Shown: positions 1-10,241 of the stretch, one piece after another
Position numbering within the stretch: the first letter of the stretch is position 1
How the letters are laid out: every line of letters starts with the position of its first letter
Origin: Rhizaria sp. SCN 62-66
Taxonomy: Eukaryota
Length of the DNA: 41,224 bases
Assembly (NCBI GenBank): GCA_001724265.1
Contig: MEDY01000278.1
Coordinates: 1 to 41,224 of the forward strand
Direction: 5' to 3'
Notes under the pieces: model-generated
Databases searched by the model: none
Told to the model about the DNA's origin: nothing
Seen by the model: only the letters and a program-made list of their open reading frames with translations
Translations under genes and position numbers: made by a program

Positions 1-1
1 G

Positions 2-796
2 GAGACGGTCGATGCGCTGGTCGCACGCCGCATCGCCGACCTCACGGCCTATCAGAATGCGCGCTATGCCGGCGACTACGCGGCCTTCGTCACGCGGGTC
101 CGCGCCGCCGAGCAGGCCGCGCTGCCGGGCGAGGAGCGCCTGACGCGCGCCGTCGCGACGCAACTGCATCGCCTGATGGCCTACAAGGACGAGTACGAGG
201 TCGCCCGCCTGCACAGCCTGCCGGAATGGAAGGATGCGCTCGCGCATGGCTTCACCGGCACGCAGCGCATCGAGATGCATCTGGCCCCGCCGGTGATGGC
301 GAAGCCCGACCCTGTCACCGGCGTGCCCGCCAACGCCGACTCGAGCGCCGGCCGCGGCAACGTCATGGACGCCATTCGCCAGGGCATCAAGCTGCGCAAG
401 GTCGCCAACGACGGCGGCAGCGGCGGCGCCGGGGCCGGCAACGGGCCCGCGGGCGCGCGCAAGGGGCCCGGCCCTGCGCCCGCGTCCTCGGGCAGCGGCG
501 GCGGCGGCGGCGGAAAGGATATGCACTCGATGCTCATGGAGGGCCTGCGCAAGCGCGCGGCGCTCATCGCGGGCCGCGATACGGACGACAAGAAGCCCGC
601 GCCCGGCCTGCCCGCGCCCAAGAGCGCAGCTGGCGATGACGGGGGCATGGCGGCCAATCTCGACGCAGGGTTGCGCGAGCGGCTCGCTGCGGTGACCGCC
701 AGCAAGGGCAAGCCGGCCGCCGCGGCCGCGCGCAGGCCCGCCGCCGGCGACGACGACGACGGCGGCGACGACGACGGCGATGACGACTGGGAGTGA
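2..796 (+). CDS. 5'-partial composite ORF: bacterial indolepyruvate:ferredoxin oxidoreductase C-terminal-like segment (~2-331) fused in frame to a WASH/WASP-type VCA C-terminus (~332-796)
   Basis: Frame +2 is open from nt 2. ETVDALVARRIADLTAYQNARYA...RLMAYKDEYEVARLH...MHLAPPVMAKPDPVTGVP is the hallmark of fused bacterial IOR proteins. It is followed by a WH2 motif (GRGNVMDAIRQGIKLRKV, 350-403), a WASH-like central helix (DMHSMLMEGLRKRAALIAG) and an acidic Trp tail (DDDGDDDWE), ending at TGA. Confidence 0.75.
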   Translation, partial: ETVDALVARRIADLTAYQNARYAGDYAAFVTRVRAAEQAALPGEERLTRAVATQLHRLMAYKDEYEVARLHSLPEWKDALAHGFTGTQRIEMHLAPPVMAKPDPVTGVPANADSSAGRGNVMDAIRQGIKLRKVANDGGSGGAGAGNGPAGARKGPGPAPASSGSGGGGGGKDMHSMLMEGLRKRAALIAGRDTDDKKPAPGLPAPKSAAGDDGGMAANLDAGLRERLAAVTASKGKPAAAAARRPAAGDDDDGGDDDGDDDWE

Positions 797-1328
797 GCAC
801 GGAGTAAAGTAAAGCCACTGCTGGACCGGAAGTTAAGTCGCTGTCTGCTGTTGTCATCGAGCGAACGTCGTCCTTGTTGTTGCTGACCAAGAATAAGTAT
901 ACTTAATACTGACTGTAAATTACGTAGTAATTGTTGTTGCTGTTGTTGCTGGATATATCCGAGCACGCTAGGGCCAGGGCCGTGCGAGTAACGTCGCCGG
1001 TAACCGATAACTGTTGTGATGCTATATGAACAAGCTGTGACACTGTGTTGCTTGCTTTGTTGAAGTGTTATGATGTTGGACAAATACAATACATATCAAT
1101 AATATTCCAAACGCCCAATTTATTTGTGTTAAATGATGTTTTCGATTCAAAATTCGTGTATTGTGTGTGCATCGCAGCGATGACAATCATGCGCAATCGG
1201 TAGTTAAATAGGACTAGATACTGGAATTCATTGAGTAGACCCACAGAATAGCATGGAGAATAATAAATATAGGTATAAATACATGTTAGTCGTTCCAAAG
1301 CTATCGCTAACGACGAGTATATTCAGCC

Positions 1329-3538
1329 TTACGCCTCGGTCTTGGTCTTCGACCTAGTTTCCGTTTCAGCCTTAGCCTCTGCCTCAGCCTTGCGCCGGAG
1401 CTCCACCTCCTTGGCGCGGTCCTTGTTGGCCCTCTTGCGCTTGGCGTCGGCCTCGCCGGGCCCCACGGCGGCGGCGAACGCATGCCACACGTGGGAGGTC
1501 CTGGTCGCGGCGACGGGCACGGGCGCGAACGGCGCCGCCGCGACCGCGGGCGGCAGCAGGGGCGACGTCAGCGGCAGGTACCAGTGCTCGGGAACGCCCG
1601 CGGCCGTGCGTGCGATGCTGTTGAACGGCGGGAACATGCCGTCGGGGAAGTGTGGAGACACCTGTGCGCAGAAAGCAAGAGTAGCAACAAGAACAGGAGT
1701 ACGAGACATGTGAGTGTTAACGAAGTTGTCATTTGCATATTCAAGAATAAAATAAGTATCAGTTATATTCTAATGCTCTTCGGTGAAATTAACGTGTTTC
1801 TGAAAGATTTGCGCGATATCCGTACCAGTTCGCGCCAATGCTCGCCGAGGCGCCGCATGTAGGGCGAGTCGGCGCCGACGGGCACGGCGGGCAGCGAGTC
1901 CGCCCAGGCCGCGAACGCGCGGCCCGCGCCCGCCTCAGCAGATTTCTCGCCGATACCGGGGGCCACGGAGCGCGGGGCCGCGCCGCGTATGTCGCCCGCC
2001 ACGCCCCGCGCCAGCGCAGAGAGGTCCAGAGTCGTCGCGGGGCCGTGGTCTTGAGCGGAAGTACTCTCGGTCGCAGTCGACGACGGCCCAGTCCCAGTCC
2101 CAGTCCCAGTCGCGTTCTCCGACGCCGACGCCGACGCCGAGGGGAGCGGGACCGCGCCCGTGACGTGCGCAACGATCGCGAGCCAGCGCAACCCCAGTGC
2201 GACGTGGCGCTCCTCCTCTTTCCCGATGGCGTCGACGAGCGCGGCCGAGGGCGCGTCCCCCAGCGAGCCCAGCTTGTCCATGAACCGCGGCGTTGCGTCG
2301 AGACCGCGCGCTTCCTGGCTGAGCGGGATTACGGCCAGCCGCGCGAGCAAGGACGCGCGGGTGGCCACGCCCAGCTGCCACAGCGCCGCCACGCCCGGGA
2401 TGCAGCCGTAGCGGTAGTCCACTGGCATAACAACATCAGCAGCAGCAGCAGAGTCAGCGGTCGAGGTCGCGGCAGCAGAGTCAGCTTCAGATTGCTACTT
2501 TGCCTGCTTCTGCGCCTGCTTCTGCAGCTGCGCCTGCTACTGCTGCTGCGCCTGCGCGGTGAGCAGCTCCAGCCGGTCCGCGACCATCGCGAAGTGGCGC
2601 GCCTCGTCGTCGACGATCGACAGCACATCGTCCGCGAACGCTTCATACAGCGGTAGCGTCACGGGCGCCTGCGCCGGCCGCGGCTGCGGGGGCGAGAACG
2701 ATTGCGGGTGCGGCGTGTCGGCGGTGAGCGGGGCCGTATAGTCAACCACGGGGTTGTACATCGGCCGCAGCACAGTCACCATGATCTCGCTGTCCTGAGT
2801 GAGGGGGAACTCACGGGCACGCGTTCTCTGCTTCTGCTTCTCACAGTCATTGGTAACGGCAGCTGCACGGCGCAGCGCGGCCTTCTCATCGCCGCTGGGC
2901 GGCACGGCGGCAAAGCGTGCCACGGTATCGAGATAGATGTCCACGGCGTTGAGCTCGATGTGCGCAAGGGCGTGCAGGATGTAGATGTTGGTCGGGATCG
3001 AGAGCGCGCGCGCGGAGGGCACGTTAGTGGAGAGCCACTGCGGCCGCGGGGGCCGGGACGGAAGCACCCAGGGGACGGACGCCTGACTGGGATCATCGCT
3101 GGTCGAACTTGCACAAGATTCGCAAGTGTTTGTAGGGCTCGCGTCACCGTCACCGTCAGTCATAGCTGCAGCTGCAGTTGCTGCAGGTGGCTTCAACTGG
3201 TCAGTCTGCAGTTTGCGCACGATGTCGGCGTCAAGCGCCGCGTCGTAGAGCGGGATGCGGCGCTCGCGCCAGAGCGCGGCCGTTTCGCGGGCCAGCGCGA
3301 GCTTCTGCGGCAGGCTCGGCGTGCCGTACACGGCCGCGATGCAGCGGCGCACCACCGACGAGCCCGCAGAGACGGGGATCGCCGCAGTGGGGAACACAAA
3401 CGCAGGCGCGGCGGCAGCTGTGGGGGCGACAGTGGATGCCGCGGCAGAAGCTGTGGCTGCGGCGGCTGCTGTGGCGGAGAAGCAGCGGCGCAGACGCAGG
3501 GCCGGGGAGAGGCCGCGCGGGAAGCGCGGGGGAAACAT
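1329..3538 (-). CDS. DUF455 ferritin-like (diiron) domain protein with probable mitochondrial presequence; 2 exons (3538-1826, 1661-1329); two in-frame TAG codons
   Basis: DUF455 motifs occur in order: LHALAHIELNAVD, DEARHF..RL, YG....LW, LLARLAVIPLSQEARGLDATP, EEERHVALGLRW, then PPFNSIARTAAG..WY after the intron. Track ORFs 2537-3577, 1763-2428 and 1329-1709 join through TAGs at 2537-2539 and 2495-2497 and a phase-0 intron. Arg-rich, acid-free N-terminus (MFPPRFPRGLSPALRLRRCFS). About 681 codons, ends TAA. Confidence 0.85.
1662..1825 (-). other. Spliceosomal intron in DUF455 gene (164 nt, phase 0)
   Basis: GTACGG...ctttctgcgcacAG, AT-rich; removal joins HWREL to VSPHFPDGMFPPFN. Confidence 0.85.
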
Positions 3539-3990
3539 GGCGTTGTTGCGACACTGCAGCAACTCGACTGCGGGCACAAGTAGCGTTTAGAAGACAATCG
3601 TAGACGTGGCACAAGCTGCTGCGTTTTGTCGCACGAGAACAAAGCGGGACTCTAAACCTCAACGAAATTTCGGCGTGCTGCTCGGTCTTGAGAGGGCTGT
3701 TCTGTAATGTAAAAATATCGATGAGGATCTGACTACAAACAATATAATTATGAAATAATACTCGCAAAACTATTTCTACATTCATACTACTATATATTCG
3801 TGCAACAACGACGCAGTACTGAGTTTTACCCTCAACTAAACTCACGCCACTTTCAACTCCAATCAAGCCCAGTCCTCTCACTTCCATCTGAGTGTCACTG
3901 CGTACACTCCCTTCGACTCTCCCGCAGCTCTAGCACCCTCCGAGGTACATCTCCTGGTCAGTTCTACCCTATCCCCGCCCCGCATTGACG

Positions 3991-4920
3991 ATGGCCCTCC
4001 GCTTCGACTGGGGCCAGCTGAGCCAGCCCGCGTTGTCGCGTGTCGTGCTTGATACCATTAACGGCTTCCTCGCCAAGCAGCGCACGCCCATGCAGGGCGG
4101 CTTTGCCTACCTCGAAGTGCTCGACTTCGGCTCCATTGCGCCCACCATTTCGCTTGCCTCGCTGTCGCATCTGGCCGACGACGCCTCCGAGGCGCGCGTG
4201 CGGCTGCACTTCAGCTACTACGGCAAGGCCAACGTCAAGATCCACGCCTACGCGCAGATCAACACGGTGCGCTCGCGCCTGGGCAAGGCCGGCGACCGTG
4301 GGCGCTTTCACATGCGCTCGCTCGACTCATTTGCGCCCGCGTTCTTGCCCGTGTGGGTCGAGCTCTGCCACGTGCACGTCGACACCGACATCATCCTGTC
4401 GCTGTCCTCGGCGCCGCGCGCGCTGCGCGTGCACCTCACCACGTTCCCGCTTAAGGACGTCCTGGTCAAGACCTGCTTCGACGGCTCCGTGATCGCGCAG
4501 AAGATTGCGGAGACGGCCAACAAGGCGATCGAGGACGCGCGGACTGCGCTGGCGGCGCAGGGCCACGACTTCGATATCCCGCTCGAGCAAATCACCACAA
4601 ACACAAACACACACACAAACAGCGCTGAGACTGACGGTAGTGTCGCTGCCGCTAGTGGCAGCAGCAACGCCAAGAGTAGCGCCAACGGCAGCGGCAGCGA
4701 TGGCAGCGCGAGCGATAATCGCAGCGCTGGGAGCAGCAGCGTGCATAGCGCGAACTCAAGCTTTGGCAATATTAACTCCGATTCTGGCGCTGGCGCTGGC
4801 GCTGGCGCTGCTGCTGCTGCTGCTGCTGTGGGTGCGGGCGCGAGTGTTGGTGGCAGCGGCGGCAACAAGGCTGGCGATCATGCCGTCACGGATGGTGTTG
4901 CGATTGACGCTGAAGGCTGA
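3991..4920 (+). CDS. SMP-domain lipid-transfer protein, ERMES subunit Mdm34-like (Mdm12 not excluded)
   Basis: MALRFDW start, LDFGSIAPTI, FSYYGKANVKIHAYAQIN and FPLKDVLVKTCFD resemble the Mdm34 pattern (MSFxFNW / LxFGxxxP / YxGDAxIxLxTxVQAN / DPLESxxVSSTFD). Low-complexity Ser/Ala tail, ends TGA. First ATG is at 3991. Confidence 0.65.
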   Translation: MALRFDWGQLSQPALSRVVLDTINGFLAKQRTPMQGGFAYLEVLDFGSIAPTISLASLSHLADDASEARVRLHFSYYGKANVKIHAYAQINTVRSRLGKAGDRGRFHMRSLDSFAPAFLPVWVELCHVHVDTDIILSLSSAPRALRVHLTTFPLKDVLVKTCFDGSVIAQKIAETANKAIEDARTALAAQGHDFDIPLEQITTNTNTHTNSAETDGSVAAASGSSNAKSSANGSGSDGSASDNRSAGSSSVHSANSSFGNINSDSGAGAGAGAAAAAAAVGAGASVGGSGGNKAGDHAVTDGVAIDAEG

Positions 4921-5570
4921 TGCGAGCGCCATGAGTAACTGCGGCAACGCACCATCTCAAACGACATGGCTCAAAAGTTCACCGACAGTGACGACTTGTT
5001 TTGGGATTTAATCAGTGGCTAATTAATTGAATTTCACTGTTCAGACGCGAGTTACAGATAGTTACATAGTAGTTTCAAACCCGAGCGTTGTTGAAGAGCA
5101 ACAACAATAAAGGTCATATTTGATAACAACACAATGTGAGACTGACTACATTTGTGTTTTGATGAAAGGAGAATCTACTATGTATTGTTGAATTAATTGT
5201 GGAATTTATCCACAAGCGACACGTAGTAACCCGTTAAGTAACTAGAAAATTACATTGTAAGCACTGTAGGCGAGTACACACTTACTTTAGTTTAAATGAC
5301 TCTGACTGTGACACTGAATGTAATGTAGTCGTACCGCATTCAAGAATGGATGAGAGTGTACCACTCCACTGAATGTGTCATTGAGCTTGCTAATTGCAGC
5401 TAAGACTGCATTTGAGACGTGCAGCTACGACTGCGGTCGCGACAGCCGCTGCAACTGCTAAGTTGCTGTTGCTGACGAGCGTGTGCGTTAGCTGTCACTG
5501 AGAATGCAGACAGGATGAGGACGAGCATTCCACAGGCTATTCATTGCCGGGAGCGTCATCTTGCTGTGCA

Positions 5571-5576
5571 TGTGTG

Positions 5577-5607
<31 letters not shown>

Positions 5608-5616
5608 GTGTGTGTG
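5571..5616. repeat. Imperfect (TG)n/(CA)n microsatellite
   Basis: About 23 TG units with two interruptions, in a convergent intergenic region. Confidence 0.95.
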
Positions 5617-6338
5617 AGGGTAGTCATGTCGGTCGGTGGTTTGGGACGGAGGGGGCGTGGGGTTTAATGCCGTAGTTAAGACAAAAAAAATCACAGAAAC
5701 AAGTCACGGAGACAAATCACAAAGAAGAGCAAAAAAAAAAAGAAGAAAATAAACAAAAGAAAGGACCAGCCATTCAAGGATCAACCAAAGAAACAACCAT
5801 GAGAGAGAAACATATATTTTAGATAGCAAGCAAACGAACGACCTATGGAAGACAAGAGACAAGTTGAGTCAAGAGCAGAAAAGAAAAGAAAATAGCATAG
5901 CAGACAAGGAGCGCAGAAACGATGATTGTTGAAAATAGCAAGCACGAGAGAAAAGAAAGAGAATGAATGGTGGCATGTTACTTTGTCATTGCGCAGGCTG
6001 AAAAGGGTGCTGAGGGGTTGATTTGTCGTTGTTGATATCATAGTTGTTGATTTTTTGTTGTTGAGAAAACATAGAAGACTGGTAAAGAAGCAAAAGCAAT
6101 CGATTGGATGAAAAAATCAGAATAAAGCATTCATGAAAACAAAAAATACACACACGAACAAAAGAGACAAAAAAATGATTGATGACTGCCACAAATATAG
6201 CGATATGACAAAAAAACAGCAACACATAGAAATTATATCGTCATATAATATTAAGTATTAAGACTAATGTCGCATCTATCATTTGAATTACTACATCTAA
6301 GTTTCTACACACGCCAAGCCGTCAAGTGCTGTCAACTC

Positions 6339-9300
6339 TTAGTTGTTCTCTTCGTTGGCCTCGATGAAGGCGCGCATGGGCGTAAAGAAGTCCGTCGAGT
6401 GCGACATGCGCCTCAGCGAGATGGGGTTGAGCACCTCCTGCAGCTTGGGCACGGCAAGCATCTCGTCCGCGCCGGCGCCGCCCTCCGCGGCCGCGGTGTT
6501 GCCGCCCGTGGAGCCGCGGCGGCCGGCGTAGAGCAGCGTCGCGGCGGGCGTCGACCGCGGCGATGGGGCCGCGCGCGGGGACGCATGGTCGCGGTCGCGC
6601 GAGGGCGACTGCGAGCCCCTGCCGTTGCCGTTGGTGTAGTATACCTCGCGGCCCGGCGACGAGGGCGCGTCGCGCGCGTCCGCCAGGCCGACTGCGGAGA
6701 GGTTGTGGGCGTGGTTTCCACTGCCACTGGCGCTGTTGCTGCCGATGCTGCCCGCGCGGCGGTGCGGCGTCATGGGCGACGAGGGCGCGCGGATCAGCGA
6801 GGCAGGGACCTTATCTTCGTGCTCACCGGGCGCCGCGTCGCCGTGGTCTTCGTCCGCCGCCGCCGCGTGACCGTGAGCGTGGTCGCCCGCGGTGTGCGCG
6901 TTGAGCCCGTCTCTTCCGCTGCTGCTGCTGCTGTGCGCGGTAGTGCTGGGGTTGACGTTGGGCACGGGCAGCCCGGCGAGCGCGTCGTCCTCCGGCGGCG
7001 GCGAGTCCGACTGCGAGAGCTGCGCGCGTCGCGGCGACAGCACGGCGTCCTTGCCGTTGCTGCTGCGGCTGCCGCGGCCGCTCCCGCCGCCGTTGGCGCT
7101 CAGGTCGACGGCGAGCATCCCGGACTGGGGCCGGCCGGGGACGGGCGACGCCGAGCTGTTGCTGTTGTTGCTGTTGCGGGAGCGCCTCGCCAAGTTGTTG
7201 ACCAGGTCGGGATCGACGTGCGTGGTGAGCGCGGGAGACAGCGACAGCGACGGGATCCCGCCCGGCCGCGGCGACTGCGACTGCGCCTGCGCATGGGCCA
7301 CGGGCGCGGCGAGCACAGGCCGCGGCGACTGGGACACTGCGTTGGGGTTACTCGGGTTGGAGTTAGTGCTGTTGCTGTCGCGGCGGATGCGGAAGGCGCC
7401 CGAGGTGCGCGCGCCGGGCGACGCAGGCACCAGCGCGGGCCACGCCCCACCCGCGCCCGCGCCCGCGCCTGCACCGGCACCGGTACTGGCACCGGCACTC
7501 TGGGCATTAGACTCGGCGGCCGCGGTGATGTTGCCGACGGGCATGGCCGGAGTGAGGATCGAGGGCCGCGAAATGAAGTCGACGGCGATGGATGAGCGGC
7601 GAAACGCGTGCAGATTGCCCGCGCCCGCGCCGGGGCCGCCGACGACGGGCAGCACGGGCATATCGTTCGCGGCACTAGCGGTAACGGCGCTCGCGGCGGC
7701 TCCTCTAGCGCTGTTGTTGGGCGAGGCGGCGACGGCGGCGCTCATGTTGCTCGCGCTGAAAGGATTACTCTGCGCGCTCGCGCTCGTGGCACTCGCGGGC
7801 GTCCCAGTGTTGACTGCGGTTGCGAGGGCGAGGTCTGTGCCGGGCGGCAAGAAGAGCCCCCCGGTCTGGGTCTGGCGCTTGAGCAGACGGCCGCGCTTCG
7901 GCTGCTGCGGGTCCTCACCCGCTGCCACGGCCACGGCGCTGCCGCCCTCGCCGCCCTCGCCCCCCGCGGCAGCGAGTGCGGCGGCGGCGGCGGCGGCGGC
8001 GGAGCCCGCGGCGAGCGCGGCGGAGAAGGCGGCCGGGTTAGAGGCGTTGAGCTCGGCCACCGTGTGCCTGCGGCCCGCGCGCATGCCGCCCAGCGAGCCC
8101 GTCGAGGGGCCCGCAGCAGAACCAGCAGCAGCGCCAGAGCCGGAGCCGGGGAGAGCGCCGCTGTTGGCGTTGGAGGGCGAGGCAACGACGACTGCACCGT
8201 CAATCAGGTCCAGGTCAGCGCGGCCGAGCCCGCCGGCGTAGGTCACGGGGATCGAGCCCGCGCTGCCGCCGCCCAGCCCCGCGCCGGCGCCACCGCCGTT
8301 TGCCCCGGCCGCGGCGCGCGCGGACCGCGCCAGCAGCCCGCGGTAGCCGCCAGCGGCACCCGCGCCGGCGCCTGCGGGGGCGGCCAGCAGCGCGTGGTGG
8401 TGGCGCCGCGCCAGCAGCACCGAGTCGGCGTCCATGCCCGCGCCCGCGCCCGCGCCCAGGGCCAGCGCGGCGTTGGCGGCGGCGGCGGCGGACAGCGCGG
8501 CGACCGAGACGCCGCCTGCGGCCGCGCCGCCGGCGCCCGCAGCGGCGGCGTCGAGGCCGAGCCCGTCAGAGGCGGTAATGTGCATGTCGCGGATGCTGCG
8601 CTCCAGCGCCGCCAGCGAGGCGTCTTCGTCGTTGTCCACGTGGGCGTCGAGCGTCAGCAGGTTGATCTGCATGCGTTGCGCCGCCGCGACCTCGGCCTCG
8701 GCCGCGGCAATCGCCGCTGCAGCACTGGCGCTGGCGCTGGCGCCGGCGTCGCTGCGGAGGGCGTCGAGGCGGGCCTGCGCGGCGGCCTCGCGCGCGCGGA
8801 GGCGGGCGTGGTCGCGCGAGGACGCAGCGCGCCTGGCCCGCGCGCGCTGCGCGAACATCGTCTGCAAGGTCCGGATCTCGCTCTCAACTGCAGCAGCCGC
8901 GGGGGAAGTCAGGTTGGCAGCCAGCGCGCGGTCCAGGTCGGCGTTGTTGTCCAGCAGCAGGCGGTCGACGGCCGCCGCGGTGACACCCGCGTCTTCCGCC
9001 AGCGCCGTCGCAGCCGCGGTCGCAGCGGTCGCGGTCGCAGTGGCTGCGGAGGCGGCGTTGGCGGAGGAGGACGCAGAGTGGGGAACGGAGGTGGTTGCGT
9101 GGCTGGTGGTCGGGGAGGCCGTGGGCGTGGCCGCCGTCACCGTGACGCGCAGCGCGCCGGGACGCGTGGAGGCCGCCGGCGAGTGCGCGCGCTGCTGCGA
9201 CGACGACGAGGAGGACTCTGCGGTGGTCGAAGAAGGCTTTGTGGAGCGGATAGACGCGCCGGAGACCGTCGCGTTGCCTAAAATGGGAAAAATACGAAGG

Positions 9301-9456
9301 GAGGGCCAAATCGTGAAGTGAGGGAGTGATAGGAGTCAAGGCGAAATGGGGGGCGAAGGACAGAGCGAGAAAAGTATTACTGGGGCGGAGGAAGTAAGAG
9401 AAAGGCGTACCATCAAAGTCAGGCGCAACGGCGGCCTTGGATGAACCGCAACCCAT
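6339..9456 (-). CDS. Hypothetical intrinsically disordered protein (~994 aa) with N-terminal dual-acylation motif MGCGSS; 2 exons (9456-9411, 9277-6339)
   Basis: ATG 9456 gives MGCGSSKAAVAPDFD. A phase-1 GTACGC...ttttAG intron joins it in frame to the 933-aa ORF 6339-9140. Helical/coiled-coil segment near the N-terminus, ends TAA. Confidence 0.8.
9278..9410 (-). other. Spliceosomal intron (133 nt, phase 1)
   Basis: GTACGC...cccattttAG, pyrimidine-rich; splice recreates a GGC codon and restores frame. Confidence 0.85.
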
Positions 9457-10241
9457 AAGAGGCCTGTGTTGCGGGGCGTAAAAGACCGAAGCTTGTGGTT
9501 CGTGGGAGCAGAACGGAGTGTTTGTGAAGTCCTGGTTGGCTACGGAGGTGACAGGAGAGAAACGAACGTCTTTTGAGTCTTGTGGTCATACAGGAAAAGT
9601 ATTAATAACAGTTATACAAATTCACAGAAAAGTATCATCCGTCAAGAAAGAAACATTCCAAAAAACGATGAGTTGAACCCGCTATAGCCTCTTCTTTGGC
9701 GGGTCAGAGTCGAGTGCTTTGCGACCACCTCCTACACGATTTTTTGCGAACCCAGGCCAGCGAGCAGTCAACTCAGGTGGTGGGGCAATGTTTGAATTGG
9801 GCCATCTTGGAACAGAGTTGTCGCCGCGTATGTTCGTAGGATACGAATATATTTGCTGCTACAGGATAGAAATTTGATGCGCACATACCATGTTTAAATT
9901 TCAATTCTCTTAGATGCTTCTGTAGCTCTCAAATTCAATTTTGCCATGGTCAATTGCTTTGAGCGCGCTTGCCCTCCGCCCAGTTCATTTCATGTTGTGT
10001 CTCGCCAGTGCCTCTCCTTTAACCTCATCATCTCTTAATTTTCTCACTTTACACACTTTACAAATTCTATCTGTTGTTGTTATTATATGTAGCTCGAAGG
10101 TTCTACCCTTCCAGCGCTCTCTTTTCTTGAGCTCACTCAAACAGCTCTCGCATCGCACAGAGCACCGCCTCTGCCGCCCGCTCCCCAGGTCCCCGCGCTT
10201 CCTGCTCGGCTGGGCGAGACGTGCCCGCGTACCGCAGCCGC

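Noticed and set aside
2420-2560. Intron explanation for the two in-frame TAGs
   Set aside because: No GTACG donor. The only GT is phase-incompatible with every AG before conserved residues. A 60-nt GC-AG option has a poor donor (GCGCAG) and is GC-rich and far shorter than the 133-190 nt AT-rich introns seen here.
6267-9321. Long plus-strand ORFs (442, 449, 557, 295 aa)
   Set aside because: Antisense to the spliced MGC gene; expected in very GC-rich triplet-repeat DNA and without recognisable motifs.
9665-9735. tRNA-Gln-like text (AGCACTC.GACTCTGA...GGTTCAA) on the minus strand
   Set aside because: Acceptor, anticodon and T stems do not pair, so it is not called a tRNA.
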